Shown here: positions 1-13,035 of the stretch, one piece after another
Position numbering within the stretch: the first letter of the stretch is position 1
Layout of the letters: every line of letters starts with the position of its first letter
Source: Hormiphora californensis
Lineage: Eukaryota; Animalia; Ctenophora
Length of the DNA: 64,000 nucleotides
Assembly (NCBI GenBank): GCA_020137815.1
Contig: CM035355.1
Location: forward strand, 3,906,001 to 3,970,000
Direction of reading: 5' to 3'
Program-made: the position numbers and the translations under genes
Notes under the pieces: generated by a model
What the model was told of the DNA's origin: nothing
The model's database searches: none
The model's input: the letters and a program-made list of their open reading frames with translations, nothing else

Positions 1-148
1 ATCAAGGATAGAATTGCTGTTGAGTAGTAGATCTCAGCTGATAGTGGGTGGGGGGAGATTGATCACATGATATATGTTACTAGATCTGCCGATCGGAAGA
101 TCATGTGATCGTGCGGTTCCCGAATATATCGGCTGATCTGCAACAGAT

Positions 149-367
<219 letters not shown>

Positions 368-544
368 CATAACACGTGATGTAACTTGTATCGTACGATC
401 ACCTCATTAAGAGCCACAGCCGCAACTCTCTCTCTCCTCTTAATAGCTCTCCTCATCCCTCTCTTTTAACAGTCTAACTCTCCCCCTTCTTATTGCTGCC
501 ATTCTCTCCCTGCACATATTGTATAGAGAACAGCAGGTTGACAC

Positions 545-805
545 GGACCAATGGGAGGTCAATACTCCAATCACGTGACCTCTAAGCAGTGTTAATTGTC
601 TGGTTTCTAAGAGATCACGTGGTATGCTATTGTCCAATGAGAGATGGTCCTTTCATCGCCTCATGCCAGTGCTTTGCTAGCACATGTAGAGATTTAGAGA
701 GTGGACTGATAGTAAGGGATGGGGTGATCGAGATCACCAGATAGTGGGCCCCTACCACAGAGGGTATAAGAAGCACCGGCAATCAGAGGTCAGACATCAG
801 TTGTC
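545..805 (+). promoter_or_regulatory. Putative Pol II promoter (distal promoter of INO1)
   Basis: CCAAT boxes (~548, 567, 634), CACGTG E-boxes (~572, 617), TATA-like GTATAAGA at ~764, and Inr-like TCAGTT ~33 bp downstream. Possible donor CAG|GTTATT at ~959 and a strong acceptor at 3155-3156 upstream of the INO1 ATG. Confidence 0.45.
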
Positions 806-1331
806 CATTGGAGTTGTGGGACTAGCTGGACTGTACTTCTGCAAGTTACTACCCATTAGTAAACTATTATATACCCTGCTAACTTAAATAACCCGCCAGT
901 CCCACTAGCGCGCTCTCAATAAACAGCCAGTCCAGCGGCAGATTATTTCCCACTGGCAGGTTATTTATTTTGAACATTCAAAGTGTGTGTAAATGATCAG
1001 TTCTTACTAAAATACAGAGGGAACACTATGTGCAACACTTACACACTACATTGGAGAGAAAGAAAGGACACATTCCGTCAATTACTCTCTCTTTATCTCC
1101 CCTTTTGTCTCACTATCTCTTCCTCTGTGTTATGTGTGACATGCCCCTTATCAGGCTATTTCTTTCACTCTCTTTCCTTAGCAACTGCTTAGTAACTGTT
1201 ACCAAACAGTGTACACTCAATTGTGAGGTGTTTTAACTATTTCTCAGTCCTCTTTGAGTGTTTTGATTAGTGTTCTCTCTCTTGTTGGTGTGTAATACTT
1301 GAAATAAACAACTAAAGCAGGGTATATAACC

Positions 1332-1519
1332 TATAAACTCTGACCACTGGCACGTTATAGGTTTAAACCCCTCCGCCTCTCCCTCGGCTCCGCCTCGGGA
1401 TCGTCGTCGTGATTTAAACCAGTTTATCCGCCAGCGGCGGATAAACTTCAGCTAACTTCTCCCAGCGGCGCGCTGGGAGAAAGTTATCTGAAATAACGCG
1501 CCAGTGGCCAGAGTTTATA
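1332..1519. mobile_element. Small MITE-like inverted-repeat element
   Basis: TATAAACTCTGACCACTGGCACGTTAT pairs with ATAACGCGCCAGTGGCCAGAGTTTATA. Confidence 0.65.
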
Positions 1520-1700
1520 CCTCATATATTTACAGTTGTTGTTCATCTTGAGTTACTGCCCAGTGACCAGTGTTGAATCATGAGCATACACATTATACTA
1601 TGACGAATATTATCCAGTAGTGTAATGTTAGCATCTCACAGGACAGTTCCTGTAGATTCTAATGTGTCTATCTCTCTTACTGTGTATCTGCTTCTATGTG

Positions 1701-1732
<32 letters not shown>

Positions 1733-2066
1733 CTCCCCCCTCTCTCTCACTAACTGCTTTGTAGGCTCTAGATTCGCTACAGCTGCAGCACACATACAGT
1801 TGCACACACACAAGCTCTTCGTAATTTCTTGTCCTATGCGAGCAGCAGCAGAGTCTGGCCTAGGTTTCTCTATCTTTCTCTATCTTTCTCTCTCTATCTC
1901 TCTATCTCTCTCTCTCTCTATCTCTCTCCCTTTCTCTGTTGAGATCTATTTCTGGAGCTCAGCAACTGCATCTCCCCTCACTAATTGTCTTTCATTTTTT
2001 CTCATGTCAGTTTCAAATCGTTGTCATTTAAGGGTTGCTCGCCTTTTTTAATCAAAAGATGGAACC

Positions 2067-2269
2067 TTTTCCCATCAAATTCACATTGAGTTTCAACTAT
2101 ACTTCTTTACTTCAATGGTAGAGAGATAATATGATATGTCAAAGAGAGAGGCATGGGAATTATGAGAAGGGCGAATAGACATATCATTACAATGAAAAAA
2201 TAATAATTGTCTCTACCATTGAATGACAAGTAAAGAAGATTAAACTCAATGTGAAATTGATGGGAAAAA
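2067..2269. mobile_element. Degenerate palindromic MITE
   Basis: TTTTCCCATCAAATTCACATTGAGTTT...TTCAATGGTAGAGA is inverted at the right end (TCTCTACCATTGAA...AAACTCAATGTGAAATTGATGGGAAAA). Confidence 0.65.
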
Positions 2270-3185
2270 GTGAATCATCACATTATATCCCCCCCCCCCC
2301 CATTATATATAGTGATACGTCATCTCGCTTTTTATGGGTAGAATAGCTCCATGGCTGATAAGTTCCACTACCACATATTAGCAAAGCAAGCTACTACTTC
2401 TATGATCTCTTCACACTCTCCACATTTTCTCCCGATCATCTTGTTCCTCTTCCCCACGTCCTGCGTACGTGTTCCTCATGGTCGTGACGTCACCCATGCT
2501 CTCAATTCTTCATTGAATGATCCTGCACGAGGTCCTGCAAGACCAGGAATTTTCATTCAAGAGAAGTTATAGAACTCTCTTCTTATCTTCTCTCACTTTC
2601 CCAAAAACTCCACACATCACGAGACCCACTGGCCACTAATTCGATTCAACCCAGCTCCGTCCCAGGCTCCGTCCTGGCTCTTTATTGTGAAGACCGGCTG
2701 TAGTAGAACAAGGGAAAGTCTCCGATCTCCCGCTTGAATGCTTTTTGAAATGTTTTCATAGCCCCTTCTCTCGCTCTAACTGCATTGTTTATTTAAAACT
2801 CAACCCTCCGGCCTAATTAGAGGCCAGAGCTGGGTGTTTAGTTAGCCCCCGGTTTGTTTTTGTTATTTCAACCGTAACTTCCCCCCTCCTAGACTGCGCT
2901 GTAATCGAGTTCGGACCATTTCCAAGTTTCACAGTTTCTCTTATCTCCCTGCTCCTCGTGCAAGTTGTAACAATGGTCAGGTGCCCCCAGTCTCAATGCT
3001 ATAAATATAACGCTGCAGAGCTGCACTTTTTATCAGAGCCCCTAGCTCTTATCTAACTTAACCAGTTTTTAACCAGATACAAGTGTCGTCTCAGAAACCA
3101 CTCAATTTTGACTCAATGTTCTGACATGATATCTAACCCACCCTACCATGTTATAGCTAAGCTAAGCAACACTTCAATCCAAAAC

Positions 3186-6100
3186 ATGTCTACCGTCAAA
3201 GTACATTCTCCCAACGTTGTCTATGGAGACAAAACCATTGAATCCCGATACGAATACAGCACAACATCCGTCTCTGTAAACAGGTAACGAGATGAGCTAA
3301 TTATATCTCCCCTAATTTGCCGTAATTAACCCACTAATTTAACAACCAAACCCCTCTCCTATCCTGCTAGTTAACCTCCAATAACACACCCACTCCCTAT
3401 CTCTCTCCACTAACACTCCCTCCTAACTCCCACCTCTAACACTCCCTCTCCCACAGTGATGGAAGCTACTCCGCCATCCCCAAGACCACTGCCATGAACT
3501 TCCGAACTGAGACCACCGTACCCAAGGTGGGAATGATGTTGGTTGGACTTGGAGGCAACAACGGTACCACCGTTACCGGAGGAATCCTGGCCAACAAATT
3601 CAACATGACATGGATGACAAAGGATGGGGAGAAGAAACCCAACTACTTTGGAAGTATCACCCAAGCAGGAACAGTTGGTCTTGGAAGTGGAGCAAGGGGT
3701 GAGGAGATCCATGTCCCCTTCAACCATCTCATCCCAATGGTGAACCCCAACGACATCGAGGTTGATGGATGGGACATCTCCAGCATGAACCTCGCTGATG
3801 CCATGGAGAGGGCCAGGGTGTTTGAGTATAGCCTCCAGAAACAACTGAGACCATACATGGAGAAGATTGTCCCCCGACCCTCTATCTACTGCCCAGACTT
3901 CATTGCCGCTAACCAGGTAAATAAAACAAGATAGGAGATCTTTGAAAGATATTTTTGAGAGATAAAGTTGCTTGTTTCTTACCTATCAGCTTAGCTCGAC
4001 CCTCTTTTCGTTAAATGCTGCAATAAGTTTCTATCACCTTTTGACACTTTTTGCACTTGACATTTCCCCGAACGAGTCTCCATTTAAGCGAATCAGAGCG
4101 ATATACTTGGGGAGAAAGCTGTCAGAGCATTGACCTGACAGCTGGAGAAAGAGACATGAATCCTTCCCCTATCTCTATTTGTATAGAACTAGAACTAGAA
4201 ATAGACAGAGTTTTGAAATTGACATTATTCCTAAACGGTTCCATTCCAATAGGAAGAGAGGGCTGATAACGTGATGAGGGGAAGCAAGCAGAACATGATG
4301 ACACAAATCAGGGAGGATATCAGGGATTTCAAGGAGAAGAAGAAGCTTGATAAGGTAAGAAAAGAAGATGTTACACCCCCACCCCAAAGAAGATAAACTT
4401 GTTCACATCTTCCTTATTTCTCTCCCTCTATCCCTCCCACTCTTCATTTCTAACCCCCCCCCTTCCCTCTATCTCTCTCACCCCTTCATTTCTAACCCCC
4501 CTTTCCTCCACAGGTGATTGTCCTCTGGACGGCCAACACTGAGAGGTTCGCTGAGGTGAAACCTGGTCTGAACACTACCGCAGAGGAGCTGATCAACTCC
4601 ATCAATAACAACGAAGAGGAAGTATCCCCCTCTACAATCTTTGCAGTTGCTTCAATCCTTGAGGGATGCACCTACATTAACGGATCCCCACAGAACACCT
4701 TCGTACCAGGTAAAGAACTCAGAACTTATCTTTAAATTAATCCAGGTTCCTCCAATTTAATCCCGTCATTACTCGATCGGTCCCGATCTCAGTTTTCTGA
4801 TTAACCTAACCCACTCCTCCCTTTACAGGAGTTGTTGAGCTCGCTGAGATGGAGGGTGTTTACATTGCTGGAGATGACTTCAAGAGTGGGCAGACCAAAT
4901 TCAAGAGTGTCCTGGTTGATTTCCTAGTTGGCGCGGGAATCAAGCCTGTCAGTATTGTCAGCTATAACCATCTAGGTAAGTCCCTCCTAAGGCTATAAGC
5001 ATACTGATCGTGATGATCATAATCAGGTCAGTGTGCGGACGTTTTGATGGTCACCATCAAAGGAGCGCACACACTGATGGTTATCATCATGATGGAGGCT
5101 TGATGCATCATGATGTTCTCAAACCATAGTGTGTTCACGTTTGATCATCATGAACCATAGTGTGCTCACGTTTGATCATCATAAACCATGCTCGACTTGC
5201 TGGAACTTGCCTTTTGATCATGATCATCATGACCAGTGTGCTCAGCATGATGATGCTATCTCCCGGGAGCTCCCCCTTGCCTAGTCGCGCGCTCTGAGAG
5301 GCTGTTGCATATCACGTGACCTGTACAACAGCCTCTCGCGCGCGCGAAGTCGTACCACGTGGTACATATCACATGACTACAGTGCAGCCCTCCACAAGAA
5401 TAAGATCAAAACCTGCGCACACTAGGTGTTGATGATCATCATCCAACTTAAGAGACGGCTCCAGGGCCAGCTCTTACGTGATGATCATAATGTTCCGCAC
5501 ACTGTAGTTTTTTGCAGATGATGATGATCAAAACCATGAGCACACTTCATCTTTTTAACTGATTATGATCATCACGATCAGTATGCTTATAGCCTTAAGT
5601 AGGCTCAAATCAATATATTCTGTATGCCCTACTCCCTCCTTCTTCAACTCTGACACTCACCCTAATAATTACACTCCTCTCTAATATATAATTCCTTCTT
5701 TTCACAGGAAATAACGACGGAAAGAATCTGTCTGCTCCATCTCAGTTCCGATCTAAGGAAATCAGTAAGAGCAACGTTGTTGATGACATGGTGGAGAGCA
5801 ACAAGATTCTATACCCTGATGGCAACAAACCGGATCATTGCGTAAGTTGCCCAACTAATCAGCCGGTCATGTTTGTGTCTCAGATCCAATGGAATGGTCT
5901 CCCTCTCTCCCTTTCTCCATTATTACCTCTCCTAACACATCCCGTTCCCTAACCTCAGCCCCTAACCCATATCCCCTCTCCAGGTTGTTATCAAGTATGT
6001 GCCCTACGTGCAGGACAGTAAACGTGCCATGGATGAATACATCTCAGAGATCTTCATGAACGGATCCAACACGATTGTCTGCCACAACACTTGCGAGGAT

Positions 6101-6840
6101 TCATTCCTTGCCAGTCCTCTCATTCTCGATCTTGTCATCTTGGCTGAGCTTTGCGAGAGAATCACGGTACGTTTTGTTAATATATTTTGGGGGTTATTAC
6201 CATTTCAGTTATAATTGGGTTATGATATAAATCAAGATGAGTTCTAGTTCTAATATACTACGAGAACTAACCCCTCCCCTCCCCCACAGATCCAGCTTGA
6301 CGGTGAGCCCCAGCCACGACGATTCACCTCCATCCTCTCCATCCTATCCTACCTACTCAAGGCACCCCTGGTCCCCCAGGGAACCCCAGTCATTAACGCC
6401 CTGTTCAAACAGCGAGCCTGTATTGAGAACTTTATCAGGGCCTGCATTGGACTGCAGCCAAGCAACCATATGATGCTGGAACATAAAGTGGGAGCCCCCG
6501 TTGTCCAGGTAACGCATACACCCCACACCTGTCAGAGCATTGGCCTGACAGCCCCATACTGAATTGTTGGAAGTGGAAGAACATAATTTAACTTCCACTG
6601 AGGTTCATTAGTGTTGTGTAAGCCAAGCTTCGCTAATGAACCCTGACTCCTGAGATGCTGTTTCCAAAGACTTGTTCAAACCAAGTCCAACCCTAACCTA
6701 TATTATTTCACAACCCGCCCTAACCTCCTCTCTCCCTTCAGGGACTGAACATGTCCAGCGCCCCAGTATTCCCCTCCAAGACTATGATGCACACAAGCAC
6801 AGAAAAGAAGATCAGCCACGTGAAAAACCCGTCCCATTGA
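3186..6840 (+). CDS. INO1: Myo-inositol-1-phosphate synthase (inositol-3-phosphate synthase). Coding exons 3186-3283, 3457-3916, 4253-4354, 4514-4709, 4829-4975, 5708-5841, 5984-6166, 6290-6508, 6742-6840
   Basis: All four MIPS signature motifs are present: GLGGNNG (GWGGNNG), [19 protein letters not shown] and SYNHLGNNDG, plus [10 protein letters not shown] and [13 protein letters not shown] junctions join in frame from [11 protein letters not shown] to the TGA at 6838-6840. Confidence 0.97.
4990..5595. mobile_element. MITE in INO1 intron 5
   Basis: ~37-bp perfect TIRs AGGCTATAAGCATACTGATCGTGATGATCATAATCAG flanked by TA; internal ATGATCAT-type repeats. Confidence 0.85.
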
Positions 6841-7759
6841 GAGGGGGGAGACCTTCCAGAGAGGTCAGAGAGACTGTGTTTTAGCTCTAGCAGAAGAAGC
6901 GTGTGTGTGTATGAGTGACCCCACAAGAAAGATATTGTGTGACTCATGAATGGACAGTGTGCAACATATGTGTGTATTATATTTTTGTACAAATTGAGAT
7001 TCAGGAAAGCGAGAGATTATATATTATGATGTATTCGAGACACCAGGATGACAGGATGTCTCTCTTTGACCAGTGTTGAACAGTGCCGGGTAGATTGTGC
7101 AGGGGGGGACCAAACCTTGTTGTTTGGTCACCCACAGCGTGCATTTATCAGTTTATCAGTTTATTATTTTGAAGTGTGAGTTTAGCTTAGCCCAGGGTTT
7201 TATATATATTCCCTCACGTCCCCCTTTCCCCACAGTTTCCCTGTTTCACACCCCCTGCAGTAGCCGAGCGGCTATCAACACACCAGTGTTGTGCAGAGTG
7301 CGATGTTCAGGGGACTTGGTGGGTGGGGGCGTGTTGCACAGTGAATTGCGTGTTTTTCACTGTGGAACTATGAAGTAGTGTTTGTGTATTGTTATTTCTC
7401 ATTCAGAGAGTGAGCTGCAATGTGAACTCTCTTTTTACAATTATTCAAACCCCCCAAAGTTACCGTTTTTAGCAATTTGTACACTGGTTTCCGTTTAGTG
7501 GTTTGGGATATTTCGGTTGCACAAATCACATTCAATTTCATTCATATTCACAGCACACAAATCTGACTCCATTTTCTCTAGTTCTTTCAACTTTGTCAGA
7601 GTCGAGCATCGGCCTGACCCTATTACTATTCGGAGGAAGATTGCAATCACAAATACTGAACTGGTGACCTGAGGAACAGAGGAACGAGAAGAACTTAGCA
7701 GGAGGATCCGAGGATGAATTGATTTATTGTTTCCGTTTTTGTTTCTAGTAATTACTTTG

Positions 7760-7812
7760 CAGTGCAATACTTCGTTGGAGTCCAAATTGGACTCCAACGA
7801 AGTATTGCACTG
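7760..7812. repeat. Perfect 53-bp palindrome
   Basis: CAGTGCAATACTTCGTTGGAGTCCAA-A-TTGGACTCCAACGAAGTATTGCACTG. Confidence 0.9.
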
Positions 7813-8009
7813 GGATATTCCCCCTGAACAGTGAAAGTGCTTCAATTTGATTTCTACAATTTGCAGCAATTTATGTCAAAACTTGACATTAGCTGAAACG
7901 GAAACCCATTAATCTTGCTCTAGAAATATATTGATCATGATGGAAATGGCGAAATAAACATGCATAGAGGAAATGAAGAACATTACATGGTGATACTTTG
8001 GCCACATTG

Positions 8010-8931
8010 ATGCCTGAGTGAGATCGAGGTCGCGCAGCGACCGAGATCGATCTCACATCTAGGCCTCCGGCGCGTTATTGATTTTAGAGCAAACTTTTTC
8101 AAAGACCTGGCTGCAAGGAACTACTGAACCGATTTGCATCTCGTTTGTTGCTCCTGGCAGATAATTGTCTCTAGTTTTACGGAAAATACCCGCGAATATC
8201 AGCATTTGAGGAATAGTGGGTCAAAATTGACGCTAAACATGAGCAATTCTTTAAAGACCTGGCTGCAAGCTCCTACTCGGTCCTGGGACAATCTGCGGGT
8301 ACTGGGTGAATCGTCATGGCCTTGTGAGTATGGGAAAATACCCGCCGATACATCAAAGTGCCAATTGAGGCGATAATTGGGGTTTTGGTAGTGCTATGTC
8401 GGCTAAAAATGCCTGCTAAAACAGTGGTAGGCGGTAAATGTTAACCAGATCTGAGAGAAAACGTACGTGCAAAACCACGTTTTTGTCCATAACTCAGTCA
8501 TTTCTTGACCAATTTGCAAAATCTTGGGCGCGTTGGAAAGAGGACATTGAGCTCTTTCAAATGAGCCCAAAAAAACTAAAATCGGCGCAAAATGCGCGGC
8601 GTCATGGCGCAAAATGCGCGTTTTCGCCACCACGCCGCGCAATTTTCGCCAATTTTCATTTTCTTGAGCTCATTTGAGAGATCTCAATGTCCTCTTTCCA
8701 ATGAGCCAAAAATTTTGCAAATTGGTCAAGAAATGGCTGAGTTATGGGCAAAAACGTGCGAAATTCTCACAGATCTGGTTAACATTTACCGCCTACCTAA
8801 AACAGTATATCGCGCGCGATTTGATAGTCCCACTGCTGAAAACGTGCTTTACATCGCGCGCACGTGAGTTCTTGCTTTGCCCGCGAAGCGGGCAAGCCCC
8901 GTAGGGGCTAGGCCCGCTGTCACACTAACTT
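8010..8931. mobile_element. Non-autonomous element with GC-rich terminal hairpins and an internal ~370-bp palindrome (possibly Helitron/Helentron-like)
   Basis: Left hairpin GGTCGCGCAGCGACC, inverted arms 8428-8796, and right end GCCCGCGAAGCGGGC...CCCCGTAGGGG-CTAG. Confidence 0.5.
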
Positions 8932-9716
8932 CAGGGGTTGCTAAGACGCGCACACACACACCACGCCACGAACTGCTGACACGTTTCAACTTTTATTTTA
9001 AAAACAACCGCGCGCGCCCCGACTAAATCTTAGGGTATAAGTGTGACATAAGTGGCCACCATGTTCATTTTAGCACCATTTGAAAACTGAATTAAGCCAA
9101 TTTGTAATTTAGGGCTGAATTGATGATCCCTTAAACATTATTCAAACTCATAAAATAAATATTTAAATCTTGTTACCATACCTCATTTTCGGGAACGGGA
9201 TGAAAGGACAGTTCACATGGCATTATTCGAAACTTGGTATGTGTAATGAGAAGGAAAAGGACAAATATGTACCAACGTTAACATCTTGGTCAGGACCGAA
9301 TCAAACTAGGGGAGAGAGATATAATTTTAAATTAGAGTGAAGAGAGAATGCGATTTAGGATTTATACTGTAAAATATACAGTACGGGGCGGTGACGGCCA
9401 CGAAAGTGTTGTATTGTTCATACTATTATGTGCAACAGCACAACGAAAGTGCTCGACCGGGTGTAGAGGGAGCAGGATACAAATTGAAACACTTTAGGTT
9501 TGCCACACCCTAAAGTGTTGTGATGACCTGATAATGACCTGATTATTAATTAGCATTATACCATACCTCTGTCAGGAAAAAGCCTACACCGGATGATGGG
9601 AGCTTCATAATTATTGATAGAGGACAGTTTACACGGCATTGTTCGAAACTCAACGATCAGTACCTGGAAATAAGTGTTAAAAGATTGTGATGGACAAAGA
9701 ACTATTTATTAAGTTA

Positions 9717-9849
9717 CAGTCGGACCCCAATTTACCGGTCGTTGATATACCCGAGCCGGGATAAGAAATTAACATTATTTGACCCGGGCACCCCGAATTA
9801 TCAGGCAATATCTTTCCCCCGAGCATCGCGGTAAATCGGGAACCGACTG
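9717..9849. mobile_element. Tc1/mariner-type MITE
   Basis: TA|CAGTCGGACCCCAATTTACCG ... CGGTAAATCGGGAACCGACTG|TA. Confidence 0.8.
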
Positions 9850-10516
9850 TATATTAGCAAAAATCACACTTTTTGGGGGGGGGGGAATATATTTATGATT
9901 TCTATGTATTCAAAACTAATTTTCCAATTTCCATCCGCTGTAATATATAGAAATGGATACCTAAGATTTGTGTTTTTAATATCACAGAGTAAGAATTGAG
10001 AACATCCTAAAACACCTCATGGGACGGTCAGTTTTGCTGCTCATACTATTCTCAAAAATTATTCGATCCAAAAAATGTGTGTCCAACAAAGAGTGTCCAG
10101 TGTCCTATTTTTACCACGGCATCCTTCCAATGTTCGGTATTGTTTATGAGTCCATTCACTGCATTTATAATTCTATTCCCATTCCATGTAACCAGCTAAA
10201 ATGGAGCTGGATCAATACTGCAGTCAGTAGATGATGTATGCAGTGTTAGGGGAGTAAGGAATTTTTTCTTCAATGTCCTGACATCACAGCACACATCACA
10301 ACAGCACCCACAGTTGCCGTCATAATAACATGTGGTGCAGTTTGTTACATTCAACTCGGATTCCAGCTCTGAGTGGTCCTGGAGAGGAGGAGATGGGGTG
10401 TTAGGGGTTGATTAGGGGGTGGGTTAGGGGTGTTGGGGTGGGATAAAATATAGAAACTGCGGTTTGGGTAGCCGGAGTTGAGTGATTAGATATAACATGG
10501 GCTATTATACGAGTAA

Positions 10517-11199
10517 GGTAAGCTGGGGCAAATTGGTCCATCGGGTAAAGTGGCCCATGTATGGGGCAAATTGGCCTGCTCGTTCTGTTCCGGATTTCTG
10601 CCTAGTTAGACTGTTTACAAATGTAAAGGAGGGTTAGAACATAACAATTAAAACTGCTGTGATTTCTGTTTGAGTTGGCCGATTTTAATTTTGCAAAAAC
10701 TGCCAGTTAGGTTTTTTATTCTTCTAAAACTAGGCATAAAATTTTTTCAAAAAACTCACTACATATTAAGTTGATTAAATTGTCAAATTAGTCAAATTGG
10801 GGCAAATATGGTCCACTCACTGGGGCAAGGTGGTCAACCCTGGGGCAAAGTGGTCCACCTCTAGAACCAATAAAATGGAGTATGAAATACCACGTGACAT
10901 TGGAATACACTGGGGCAAGCTGCTGGAGACAACATGGGCCACTTTGCCCCTCGCTGTTTAACAACATCAGTCACGTGATAAAAATTGAGCAATGCTATTG
11001 CTTGGGCCACTTTGCCCAAGTGCAAATTTTCCAAAAAAAGCATCACCAAATTATTTGAATTGATTAATTAACCATTAAATAAAAACTTGCAGGTTTTAAA
11101 ATTTAGCCCGCTGAAAGGAAAACGTTTCATTGGGTAGCCTATACATTTTTTTCTCCTGCTGTATAAATTAAAAATGGGCCACTTTTGCCCCAGCTTACC
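10517..11199. mobile_element. MITE with subterminal repeats
   Basis: TIRs GGTAAGCTGGGGCAAA / TTTGCCCCAGCTTACC; multiple internal TGGGGCAAA.TGGTCCA motifs in both orientations. Confidence 0.8.
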
Positions 11200-11457
11200 A
11201 TGATACACGGGAGTGTAAATTAGCAGTTAGGGGATTGAAAAAGCAACCTAAATGGGGTTAGAGCTGGACACAAACCTTATCACAGCTGTAATCCTCCACA
11301 TCATCAGCTTCAGGTCGAGATGTGATCTAGCTCCTTATCAGTCTGGGCTATAGCTTCCAGTGGGGATCTCTTGACTGCAGCTGGGCCTGACTGTTCCTCT
11401 TCAAGATCTCCTTCCTGAGAGGGAAGGGGTGTTAGAGGGTTGGTAAAGGGGGGGGGG

Positions 11458-11820
11458 GAGAGGCGGAGAGAGAGAGAGGTAGATAGGGCTAGAAAGATTG
11501 AGATTGAGAGAGGCGGAGAGAGAGAGGTAGATAGGGCTAGAAAGATTGAGATTGAGAGAGGCGGAGAGAGAGAGGTAGATAGGGCTAGAAAGATTGAGAT
11601 TGAGAGAGGCGGAGAGATAGAGGTAGATAGGGCTAGAAAGATTGAGATTGAGAGAGGCGGAGAGAGAGAGGTAGATAGGGCTAGAAAGATTGAGATTGAG
11701 AGAGGCGGAGAGATAGAGGTAGATAGGGCTAGAAAGATTGAGATTGAGAGAGGCGGAGAGAGAGAGGTAGATAGGGCTAGAAAGATTGAGATTGAGAGAG
11801 GCGGAGAGAGAGAGGTAGAT
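11458..11820. repeat. 48-bp minisatellite, ~7.5 copies
   Basis: Unit GAGAGGCGGAGAGAGAGAGGTAGATAGGGCTAGAAAGATTGAGATTGA; explains ORF 11440-11838. Confidence 0.95.
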
Positions 11821-12007
11821 ATAACTATTATGTTCTAACCCTCCCTTTACATTTGTAAAGGTTTCGCCCGCGGGGCGTGCGAAAAACAGTCTAACCTGGC
11901 AAATAACTAGAGAGATAGTGAGGGAGAGACTGACAGCTACTGAGGGTGAAAGAGAGAGAATTCATAGAATGGTAGCAGGTAGGGCGAGAGAAAACATATA
12001 GATTTAA

Positions 12008-12252
12008 GGGTACACCTCGGCAAAACCTTGGTATCCTCTATGAATCCCTAAATTTTCAGCTTTCTAGCCCTAAAAATAAAATTTAGGGACCTTAAAAACC
12101 GGTTTTTAAGGTCAAACTTTGAGGGGCTGCAGCAAAAATATGAATTCGAGTTAAGGGCTAAAATTGCATATTTGAGGTCGGCTTGGTATGCCCTACAACC
12201 CCATATGGAGAGCTAAGCGGGCACTCGACAAAAATTTTGCCGAGGTGTACCC
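12008..12252. mobile_element. TTAA-flanked MITE (Kolobok-like termini)
   Basis: TTAA|GGGTACACCTCGGCAAAA ... TTTTGCCGAGGTGTACCC|TTAA. Confidence 0.85.
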
Positions 12253-13035
12253 TTAAAATATTTTGAATTGTCAACTACTAGTATAAAGAACTACAAAGTA
12301 TAAACTAGCACTGGTTGCTCTCACCTTAAATAATGTCGATGCCATAACCACTTGACGGCGAGCAGAGGAGCGTGACATACAACATAACCACTTTTCCCAT
12401 CAATAACTAGCAGGGTCTGAGATAGTAGTTATCCTCTGATGGACTATTTTTGAGAAGGACAACCGTTGAACACCTGGAATTGAGTGTGTGGGTTACAGAT
12501 ATAACGTCAAGAGTAGGTTAGCCAATGGCAAATATATATAAATTCTCAACATGCTGCGTAAGACCCATAACGATGTTATAACCCTCCTTTACATTTGTAA
12601 AAGAGGGCGGGGCGCACAGAAAGAGGATAGAACCAGGCAATAACGATGAGGCAGTAAAAATTGCGAGAGTCATGTGTGCTAATCGATTCTACTACAGTGT
12701 AAATTTTCGGGCTGACCTGTTGAACACCACCCCACCCAAAATACACACCAAAACTATCTCCCGAAACAGTTGCATTGTAAACTTGGTGAACCACTGTGTT
12801 TTGAGATTCCCTTGGTGATGAACCCGCAGTGTTGGTAATACATGTATGACGTATGTGTGTACTGTTATACTGTGTATAACTGTACTGTGTAAAAATACTG
12901 TGAGTATACACATGTGCATTGTGCATTACATATAATTTGGTATAACTTCAGTAATCAGTGGTGCCTACCGTTTTACAGAGCTGACACTGGCACACGTCAC
13001 CCACCACTCCCTCTTGTCATCTCACAGCTGTCATG

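Larger units (their letters stand above)
10017..12474 (-). pseudogene. Further exon-like segments with stops/frameshifts (~12474-12326, ~11415-11276, ~10378-10017)
   Basis: Each segment is bounded by YAG acceptors and GT donors on the minus strand and has protein-like reading frames interrupted by stops or indels. No homology recognised. Confidence 0.3.

Noticed and set aside
7495-7869. 124-aa minus-strand ORF with a CxxC motif
   Set aside because: No recognisable domain, contains a perfect palindrome insert, and lacks a true ATG start. At most a decayed exon.
8403-8904. Mutually similar ORFs on both strands
   Set aside because: An artefact of the long palindrome in a non-autonomous element.
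11276-12474. In-frame TAG/TGA in exon-like segments as stop-codon recoding
   Set aside because: Indels are also needed, and INO1, the CAP gene and the examined dynein exons use the standard code. Decay or assembly error is more parsimonious.
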